Shown: in pieces, positions 28,410-36,400 of the stretch | Numbering within the stretch: the stretch's first letter is position 1 | Layout of the letters: each line of letters opens with the position of its first letter | DNA from: an uncultured Candidatus Poseidoniales archaeon | GTDB lineage: Archaea; Thermoplasmatota; Poseidoniia; Poseidoniales; Poseidoniaceae | Assembly: GCA_905181715.1 (NCBI GenBank) | Contig: CAJIYT010000004.1 | Span: 75,185-139,184, forward strand | Reading direction: 5' to 3' | Length of the DNA: 64,000 bases | Position numbers and translations under genes: made by a program | Notes under the pieces: generated by a model | What the model saw: only the letters and a program-made list of their open reading frames with translations | What the model was told of the DNA's origin: nothing | Databases searched by the model: none

Positions 28410-29141
28410 TCAGTTTCTTAAATTGGACATACCACCGTCTAGATGGAGTACCTGACCGGTAAGATTGTCAGGTGCATTACACAACAACCATTCTATTGTT
28501 GATGCTATTTCATCGGGTTGATTGATTCTCTTTGATGGAATCATTCCAATTGCTGCTTCTCTGATCGCATCTGATTTGAGAATATTTTCTGCCAACCGAG
28601 TTTCAGTTAAACCAGGTGCAACTGCGTTGACGCGTATATTTCGTTGACTATACGTTGCAGCAGCAGTCCGAACCATAGATTCGATACCACCTTTTGCAGC
28701 GGCAATCGCTTCATGGTTTACAAGACCAAGACTCGCTGCGACACTGGAGATGAATACCAAACGGCCGCCGCCTGAACGAAGCATAGCCTTACATGCGATT
28801 GAAAGTGTCAGGAAAGCTGTTGAAAGATTTGTATGGATAACTTCGTTGAATGCTTCGATTTTAACGCTGTGAGGTGGACGAATTAGCAATGAACCAACCA
28901 AATGAGCAACCCCTGCAATGGAGCCATCTCCACGCTCTTGTGCAGCACTTACTGCAGCAGAAACCGCTGAGGCATCCAACGCATCACCCTGTATTATTTC
29001 CGCTCCTAAGGCCTGTATTTCGGAACATCGAGCAATGTCTCTAGCAAGAATCGTGACATTGTGTTGTTCTTTGAGCAATCGCTTGGCAAGAATGAGGGCA
29101 ATATCGCTACTTCCACCAACTATCAGGTATGAGTCTGTCAT
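28410..29141 (-). CDS. short-chain dehydrogenase/reductase (SDR) family protein with a non-canonical active-site motif
   Basis: 243 aa. Rossmann start IVGGSSDIAL, and the NAVAPG motif in IRVNAVAPGLTET. At the position of YxxxK the sequence reads IAAAK. Confidence 0.8.
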   Translation of the reverse strand: MTDSYLIVGGSSDIALILAKRLLKEQHNVTILARDIARCSEIQALGAEIIQGDALDASAVSAAVSAAQERGDGSIAGVAHLVGSLLIRPPHSVKIEAFNEVIHTNLSTAFLTLSIACKAMLRSGGGRLVFISSVAASLGLVNHEAIAAAKGGIESMVRTAAATYSQRNIRVNAVAPGLTETRLAENILKSDAIREAAIGMIPSKRINQPDEIASTIEWLLCNAPDNLTGQVLHLDGGMSNLRN

Positions 29142-29303
29142 GAATTATTTGTCATGGGTTTACCATTTATACTTCTGTTTACGAATAGAAAAATGCTCAT
29201 TTGGCACAACCGTGATTGTTTGATTGTTTTTCGGCAATTTATCAATTTAAAGTTATGATTTAAGGATATAATAATTCCTAACTCAACTTGGAGAACTAAG
29301 TAG

Positions 29304-31076
29304 TCAAATCTGTTCACCGGTTTGAATAGCCCACATTCGTGCATAAATGCCGTCTAATGTCAGCAAATCTTCGTGTAAGCCGTCCTCGACAATTTTGCCT
29401 TGGTCCAACACTAGAATCCTATCTGCATTGCGTACTGTCGATAAACGGTGTGCAATGATTACAGCAGTACGATTTTGTGAAATCTTGTTGATCGAACGCT
29501 GGAGTGCTGCCTCAGTTTCATTATCGACAGCAGATGTTGCTTCGTCTAAAATGAGGAGAGGGGCATCTTTGAGAACGGCTCTTGCGATTGCAAGTCGTTG
29601 ACGTTGGCCTCCTGATAACCGATGGCCGCCTTCACCAACCAATGTTTCCCAACCATCGGGAAGCGCTTCAACAAAGTCGGTGACTTCACCAAGACTAGCG
29701 GCTTCAAGGACCGCTGCATCGACAGCATCAGGATTACCATACCGAATATTTTCCATAATAGTTGTTGGAAATAATGTGATATGTTGGTCTACCAAGGCCA
29801 TAGATGAACGCAGGCGCTCTAATTTCCATTCATGTAGTGGCTTTCCAGCCCATTCGATAGTACCATTATTTGGTTCAGCAAATCGCAATAGCAAACGAAT
29901 CAAAGTTGTCTTACCAGAACCTGTTGAACCTACTACTCCAACGGTTTCTCCAGAGCGTAATTCTAAATTTAGATTGGAAAATACAGGATCACGCCCTGGA
30001 TAAGAAAAATCGACATCTGAGAATATGATTGATGTCGATTCGATGATTTTGGAATCAGGAGAGTAATCTCCCTGAATTACTTCGGTTGGTGAAGTAAGGA
30101 CATCGAGCACTCGCGTTGATGATGCCATTGCTCTTTGGTAAAGATCGAATGTTTCACCCAATCGTGTTAGTGGCCATAACAAACGCTGGGTCATGAAGAC
30201 AAGTACTGAATATGCACCTACTGCCAATTCATCCTCAAGGGTCATCCAACCACCAAGGAGTAATGTCGCCGTAAAGCCACATAGAATGGCCATTCGAATC
30301 AAAGGAGTAAACGCTGCAGATAGACGAATCGCTTGACGATTTGATTCGCGATAGACGTTGCTAAGTTCCTCGACGCGCTTTATTTCCCGCTCTTCAGCTG
30401 TGAAGGATTGAATCGTTGACATACCTGAGAGATCATTCTCTAGCAATGAATTCATGGCTCCAGCAGCGCGACGGACCTCAGCATAACGTGGTTCGAGACT
30501 ACGTTGATAACGGAAAGAACCCCACACAATCAGTGGGATTGGAAGAACTGCAAACAATGCTACTTGCCAGGAGATAGCGATGAATACCGCACCAACTACT
30601 ACGACTGTGGTCGAGACTTGTAACAAGTCGTTCGCACCTTTATCGAGAAAACGTTCCAACTGATTGACATCATCATTGAGAATTGCAAGGATGTCACCTT
30701 TTTGCCGTTCATCAAACCATCCCATCCCTTGGCGTTGAACGTGTGCAAAAGTATCTAGCCGTAATTCGTGTTGAACTGTCTGGGCTAGATTTCGCCAAAG
30801 AATGCCATAGAAATACTCGAATAGAGATTCCAGCCCCCAAATGACAAAAGTTAGTACTGAGAGCAATATTAGTTGGTGCCATGGGTTAACAAAACCCAAT
30901 GAAGCAAGAAATGAATCTTCGCGTTCGACCACCACATCGACTGCCAAACCAATCAATAGCGGAGGGGCTAGATCCCAGACTTTATTGGTGATTGAACAGA
31001 ATGAAGCCAATCGGATTGTTCCTTTGTGATCGCCCATGTGCCCAAGGAGACGACGAAACGGACCGGTTTCACCCAT
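29304..31076 (-). CDS. ABC transporter, fused permease/ATP-binding exporter (MsbA/multidrug type)
   Basis: ~590 aa from the ATG at 31076. Six-helix TMD, then Walker A GSTGSGKT, signature LSGGQRQR and Walker B LLILDEATS. The ORF-track extension to 31316 overlaps the divergent gene and I do not trust it. Confidence 0.9.
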   Translation of the reverse strand: MGETGPFRRLLGHMGDHKGTIRLASFCSITNKVWDLAPPLLIGLAVDVVVEREDSFLASLGFVNPWHQLILLSVLTFVIWGLESLFEYFYGILWRNLAQTVQHELRLDTFAHVQRQGMGWFDERQKGDILAILNDDVNQLERFLDKGANDLLQVSTTVVVVGAVFIAISWQVALFAVLPIPLIVWGSFRYQRSLEPRYAEVRRAAGAMNSLLENDLSGMSTIQSFTAEEREIKRVEELSNVYRESNRQAIRLSAAFTPLIRMAILCGFTATLLLGGWMTLEDELAVGAYSVLVFMTQRLLWPLTRLGETFDLYQRAMASSTRVLDVLTSPTEVIQGDYSPDSKIIESTSIIFSDVDFSYPGRDPVFSNLNLELRSGETVGVVGSTGSGKTTLIRLLLRFAEPNNGTIEWAGKPLHEWKLERLRSSMALVDQHITLFPTTIMENIRYGNPDAVDAAVLEAASLGEVTDFVEALPDGWETLVGEGGHRLSGGQRQRLAIARAVLKDAPLLILDEATSAVDNETEAALQRSINKISQNRTAVIIAHRLSTVRNADRILVLDQGKIVEDGLHEDLLTLDGIYARMWAIQTGEQI

Positions 31077-31201
31077 GAGCCGGCCACAACGGTGAGGTAT
31101 GAGTAGTCTGTGATTATTATCACAATGTAAATCATAGGCTCGAATGAATCTCGTCTGCATTATTACAAAGGACTTTGAATGAATCTTTATGAGGGCCACA
31201 A

Positions 31202-32104
31202 ATGGGCCTGCCTCTCGGATATGGCGAACGGGATTCGACCCCTTACACCATATTGTCATTGGTTTTAACAAGTATATTTTGCCTTCTTGCATTCTTCCAA
31301 TGGAATCTTTTTTCACTAATTGAAGATAGTTCCCCTACATTTCATACATCTTGGGCTCCATTGGGATTTGTAGTGATATGGCGTTTTGTTTGTGCGATAG
31401 TAGGATTATCTGCAGTTGTTTACATGTTTAGGAAAACTCCTGGCTTCATGCCAGTTATACGTCATAAAGAGCGAACTGAAGAGATCATTCACCCTGTCGG
31501 CATTCAGCATTTTGTCACTTTCAGTAGTTGGACTTTGTTGATCAACATACTTTATTTCCTTCTTTCTGGTATTGTCACTTTGTCGATACTAATTGGAACT
31601 ACTGTACCGATATTGATGGATATCGCTGTAATTATTTTCTTTTCGGCTGCAGCTGGGTCTTCTTTCCTAACCTCGACAGTTGTTCGTCACATAATTCTGC
31701 CAGAGGAGGTGAAAATTGGACGGATTAACGAGAATATGTTCAACTTTCATAATCAATTAATGCATAATTTAGCAGCTATTTTCATTGCTGTTGACTTGAT
31801 TATTATTCAACCTATACTACATCCTGAATTCGCTGTATTCGGGTTGTTTTTTGGTCTTCTTTACGTGGTTTTCGCCTATATTTTTGCATTCTATGGCGGC
31901 GGTTTCTATGTCTATACCTTTATTGATCCAAGATTGAAATTTGCTCCGTTGTTGATGAGTGCTTTGGCTATAGCTATAGCGACATTCTATCTTGGATTAT
32001 GGGGTTTGAATCAATTGATGTCATACAATTACCTGATTGGAACTGCAGTACTGGTTTTATGGGTTTCATTTATTGTTCAATTCCGGTCTAAATTACCCGA
32101 ATAG
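31202..32104 (+). CDS. polytopic membrane protein (possibly FAR-17a/AIG1- or Pr6Pr-like)
   Basis: 300 aa with ~7 hydrophobic helices. The family suggestion rests on a weak remembered resemblance (TFSSWTLLINILYF). Confidence 0.45.
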   Translation: MGLPLGYGERDSTPYTILSLVLTSIFCLLAFFQWNLFSLIEDSSPTFHTSWAPLGFVVIWRFVCAIVGLSAVVYMFRKTPGFMPVIRHKERTEEIIHPVGIQHFVTFSSWTLLINILYFLLSGIVTLSILIGTTVPILMDIAVIIFFSAAAGSSFLTSTVVRHIILPEEVKIGRINENMFNFHNQLMHNLAAIFIAVDLIIIQPILHPEFAVFGLFFGLLYVVFAYIFAFYGGGFYVYTFIDPRLKFAPLLMSALAIAIATFYLGLWGLNQLMSYNYLIGTAVLVLWVSFIVQFRSKLPE

Positions 32105-32198
32105 TGTAATTATTGTTTACTGGGTTTTGCGTAAGCCATTCGTAATATTAACCTCTGATTTGGAGTAAACTTATTGCCTGAAGTCATCTGCAGCAATC

Positions 32199-32678
32199 AT
32201 GATATTTCGTACACTTCGTAATGAAGATGCTCCCTCACTTTGGAGAATCAATGAAGAAGGACTACCTGGTACTGGTAAAGTTTCTGAAAATGATATTATT
32301 GATTTGCTCAATCTTGCAGAACTTCCACTCGGGGCTTTTGAAGAAGATGAACTGGTGGGTTTTGTCCTCTGTTTACCTCCTAAAACCCGATATGGAAGCC
32401 TGAACTATGCATGGTTTAACAAGCGCTACGATAATTTCCTCTATGTCGATAGAATTGCAGTTTCAGAAAAGCATAGAAATCGAAAGATTGGTTCACTTCT
32501 TTACCAGAAGGTCATCGCATACGCACAAGAAAAAAACCGTCCTGTCGCTGCCGAAGTCAGTCTAAAACCACCAAATCCCAAATCAATGCGATTTCATGCC
32601 CGTCATGATTTCGACGAATTAGAAGTATTCCATCACGAAAGTATGTCCGTGACGATGATGTTACGAGACTGTGAATGA
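32199..32678 (+). CDS. GNAT family N-acetyltransferase
   Basis: 159 aa. Acetyl-CoA-binding motif-A-like VDRIAVSEKHRNRKIGSLLYQ. Confidence 0.75.
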   Translation: MIFRTLRNEDAPSLWRINEEGLPGTGKVSENDIIDLLNLAELPLGAFEEDELVGFVLCLPPKTRYGSLNYAWFNKRYDNFLYVDRIAVSEKHRNRKIGSLLYQKVIAYAQEKNRPVAAEVSLKPPNPKSMRFHARHDFDELEVFHHESMSVTMMLRDCE

Positions 32679-32714
32679 AATCACATTAAACTGCAAATTG
32701 TAAGAAAAGAGTAG

Positions 32715-32790
32715 GTCCCACCCGGCGCCGAGGCGCCGGTAGGGACAATTTCCCGTAAGGGAGTGACGTCTGAGTGCTCAAAGAGCCTCA
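32715..32790. other. GC-rich cluster of three consecutive stem-loops in a convergent intergenic region (3'-UTR structure, terminator or small RNA candidate)
   Basis: Hairpin 1: GTCCC..CCGGCGC-cgag-GCGCCGG..GGGAC (32715-32746). Hairpin 2: TCCC-gtaa-GGGA (32751-32762). Hairpin 3: TGAG-t-GCTC-aaa-GAGC-CTCA (32771-32790). All were paired by hand. Confidence 0.3.
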
Positions 32791-33051
32791 GAGATGCTCG
32801 ATTCCGAGCTTCTTAACGTTCGCCTTCTTGATCTTGTCAGGAAGCCATGCCGGTCCGTTTGCTGGCTTAGCTACAGTATCGACCCAGCCCTTGAAACAGT
32901 GAACTCTCTTGGTTCCACGTTCTCTTAGGCGTATGCTGGTCGATCCTCGAGTTGCTGCTTTTAATGCGGCTCCTCTTGGCTGTCTGCTTGCAAACACTTG
33001 GCTGGTATCCTTTCCTCCTGACATCAGGACGAAGTATTTCTTCTCACCCAT
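32788..33051 (-). CDS. archaeal chromosomal (chromatin) protein MC1
   Basis: ~87 aa from the ATG at 33051. QPRGAALKAATRGS...IRLRERGTKRVHCFKGW...PAWLPDKI..KK closely tracks the Methanosarcina MC1 sequence as I recall it. Confidence 0.85.
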   Translation of the reverse strand: MGEKKYFVLMSGGKDTSQVFASRQPRGAALKAATRGSTSIRLRERGTKRVHCFKGWVDTVAKPANGPAWLPDKIKKANVKKLGIEHL

Positions 33052-33083
33052 TCTATATACCTCGTAGGGCACACGAACCAACA

Positions 33084-33109
33084 AAGAATATAATATTTTT
33101 GCTTAAAAA
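33084..33109 (-). promoter_or_regulatory. candidate BRE/TATA promoter element for the MC1 gene
   Basis: AT-rich element (minus strand TTTTTAAGCAAAAATATTATATTC) about 35-55 nt upstream of the ATG at 33051. Positional inference only. Confidence 0.25.
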
Positions 33110-33177
33110 CGCTATGCTGCGGCTAATAATGGACGCAGTAGCACGGTTCCACAGCCCACTTTGGCGCAGTATGACGT

Positions 33178-33411
33178 TTATACATCTGCGCCGGCTAAGG
33201 TCTTGGTATCGGTGATACCAGGAAGTTGCCTAATAGTATCAACAACGGTTTTTGCTATGATAGAAAGATCGCTAGCGCTCAATTTGATAATGATGTCATA
33301 GTCACCGAAAAGAATCGTTGCATCGACCACATAATCCATGTCTTTCACCTGTTCATACACCGAAAACTCTTCTCCGGGCTTAACATTGATGAGAACATAA
33401 CCGACTGCCAT
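33178..33411 (-). CDS. stand-alone Lrp/AsnC ligand-binding (RAM) domain protein
   Basis: 77 aa from the ATG at 33411. MAVGYVLINVKPGEE...V...ILFGDYDIIIKL...I..LPGITDTKT is the AsnC-type RAM-domain pattern, with no HTH domain. It starts 2 nt after the stop of the giant gene. Confidence 0.75.
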   Translation of the reverse strand: MAVGYVLINVKPGEEFSVYEQVKDMDYVVDATILFGDYDIIIKLSASDLSIIAKTVVDTIRQLPGITDTKTLAGADV

Positions 33412-33413
33412 GC

Positions 33414-36400
33414 TCACTCCACACCCTCTTGGTGGATAGAGGTTACCTCTCGTAAATCCTCATTATCCAGCCGGTAATTATACCAATCATCCTCGTCCCA
33501 ACCTTCGGGGATTGGACCATCAAGCCACCATATGAATTCCTGAGTTGTCCAACCATCCGGGATACGTTCATCTATTATTTCCACTTCATTACCCGGTAAA
33601 TCATCGAGTGTAGGGAGTTGCAATGATTCCTGTTGTTCAGCAAACCATTCGCTTTCTGGGATCTCTTCTTTACGCCGTAATGTAAATGCAAAGGAGCTTA
33701 TTATTACTAAAACAATCACGAACCCAATACCAAGATATGCTACTGTAGTCATCTTTACCCCGGACTCAACCTCATCATTGAGGTCTTCTGTCTGGCAATT
33801 TAAGCAAGGGAGAGGAGCGTCGATTCTAATAGTATCATTGACTCTTGTAGACTGTCCAGTTGGATCCGTACAAATAATCGAAATAGTTAGGTTTCCCTCT
33901 AAATTCTTGGGAACAAGCCACGTCCATGTCGAAACTCCACTGCCATCTATTTCAGAGACGGTTTGACTTGAATCCCAAATCGGATCCACTCCCTGAAAGA
34001 GAGTTATAGCACATTCTGTATTTTCAACACCATCGGCATCTGTAACAATTACTTGGAAATTGACTGTTTTCCCCGCGGTTGTATTTACAGGGAAGTTGGT
34101 TTCTATTACCGGAGGAGCATATCGTAATTGCAGTGATATCTGTTGTGAAATCGACAAGCCATCGAGATCACGAATTGTGGTTTTTATCAACCCACTGCCT
34201 TCTCCGAATGCCAAATCAGGATATATATTGAACATATGTAGTTCGGTATCATTGTAAACTTGTGCACAATTATTTTCGTAATCTTGTTGCTCAGGCGCAT
34301 CTGCAGCCCATCCATCTTGGAAAAGTGTAGTTGAGATGGTAGAAAGATCTCTATCTGAATTTACCCAAACAAAGGCATATGCAGGATGACCAAGCATCAA
34401 TTCATCGATTTCATTACCTAATTCATCACATATCTTCAAGGAAATAATCTCGGGTGGCCTTAACAATAATGGAATCGTTATAATTGAACTATTCTCACTT
34501 TGGTGTAATCCTTGAATCGTGACCTCGATAATTACCTCACCGCTTTCAAGTGCAAACGATGGCGCTGCGATAGGTAGAATAATCTCAGTTTGATTTGCTT
34601 CTAGATAGAAAGTACTGCTTATCGCTTGGTATCCGGGCCAAGCCAAACTCATCTCTCCGCTGGCTGTGGTAATTGGGTCATCGAAGTCTTCGATTGTTAT
34701 TCTGACATTTTCTCTGCCACTGCCGTGAAGCCTATCTTTGATTTCTCCATCATTACCAACAATTTCGAGACTTATACTAGGGGCGTAATCGACGATTTTT
34801 ATCTCCCGGGAAGAGATTACGGTCCCAGCATTGGTAGCAAGGGTAAGAGTGAATGGTATTAGGAATGGTTCTAATTCATCCATCACTTCAATCAACAATG
34901 TGGATGAATAACAGTTCTGATCGCCAATAGAATCGTTTTCAAGGACTATTTCACCGAGTATTCCTTTAGAAGCACTGATGATGGGTTTCTCAGTGATAAT
35001 ATCATGATCGGGATCGATTACACAAGTTCTGAGATATATTATTTCACCGCGATGCACTCCTGCTATTGGTTTGGTTAGAAGATATGTAGCCCCGCTCCAA
35101 CTATCCGAATCAACTCCCTCGACATGAACTCCATACCATCTCGCTTGAGCATCGACTACCTCTGATATATTCGTCATTACACCTGATATAGATTGAACTG
35201 AAGCATCAATTGCTTTTGCAGTAATTGTTAACCAACCCAATGGAACATCACTTCCTAGTTGGAAAGACGTCCACCAAGTCAATTTATCGGAACTACCGGC
35301 ATTAGACCATGTCACAGAAGTTGTATTACCGTCCATATCGGTAATACTCCAGCCAATCATCACCGCAGTCACCTCATTATCATCATTGGCAATCACGGTA
35401 CAACCGAAAGTGTCTCCCCTACTATATACGCTGGAATCGCAATAAATTTGTTCGATTACAGGTGGGCTATTTACCCACACTCTAATTCTGTGATCATTAT
35501 TATCGACAATACGTTCTCCCATTACCGAATCATCAGAATCATAACTTATTACAAGTTCATTCCAACCAATTCTACTAGAATTGAATTGCAATTGCAAGAT
35601 AGCCCTACTGCCATCTTGGTCACCACCTGGAAGAGAGATTGTCATCTCAGTAAGGATAATTCCACCCATAAGGTCTCTGAGGGTAATTGAACCATTGGCC
35701 TGACCTGGAGATAGATTCTCAAGGGCGATTTCCATTGTCGTATTCTGACCTTTAGAAGCATTGTTTATCATTCGGACATCTATGATATTGATATCATGCA
35801 ACCCATTGGCAAATGCTGCCATTTTGGGATCGCCGATTACGACACCCATCCAGCCAGATAAGGTGTTTGCAGCATAATAAGATTCAGCCATCGTATATCC
35901 TTGGGCGTAGGTAGAATGCAATACTGAAGGATAACTAATCGCAGTGATATATGGCTCATAGACGTAACCTTTGACACCACTAACTCCATCTTCCAATAAA
36001 TCTGCAACCAAAGATTGCCCGTACGAAGTGTCCCAATTGAAAGAACGGCCCCCGGTAGAAACCGCAGTTTCTGCGATTGAACCATTCGCCCACTGATTAT
36101 GAGGACGAATGGGCTGTAAATTGACTGTATCAAGGAATAATGAGCCATCTGTAGATGTAGAAACGATATCTAATGAAATTGTTATTTTGAAAGCGTGTGT
36201 GTTTGAAGGAGGACGGTATCTCAAACTAGCTGCTTCCCAAGATGTGGTGAATGCTTTGCTCAACGACTTATTTGTAGCAATTATTGCACCATTCACATCT
36301 AATGATTCTACTTCGGTTTCAAATTCACCATATACTCCACCAGTACGCATCCCCTGTGCTGATAAAATCCAAGCGTGATTTTCATAATCCAATGGAACAG

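Noticed and set aside
29214-29229. Tandem duplication gattgttt-gattgttt in the AT-rich region upstream of the SDR gene
   Set aside because: There are only two short copies in an AT-rich promoter region. That is within chance expectation and gives no evidence of a regulatory repeat.
31077-31316. 80-codon N-terminal extension of the ABC exporter ORF
   Set aside because: It overlaps the divergent membrane-protein gene starting at 31202. ABC exporters of this type are ~580-600 aa, which fits a start at 31076. An alternative start at 31160 cannot be excluded.
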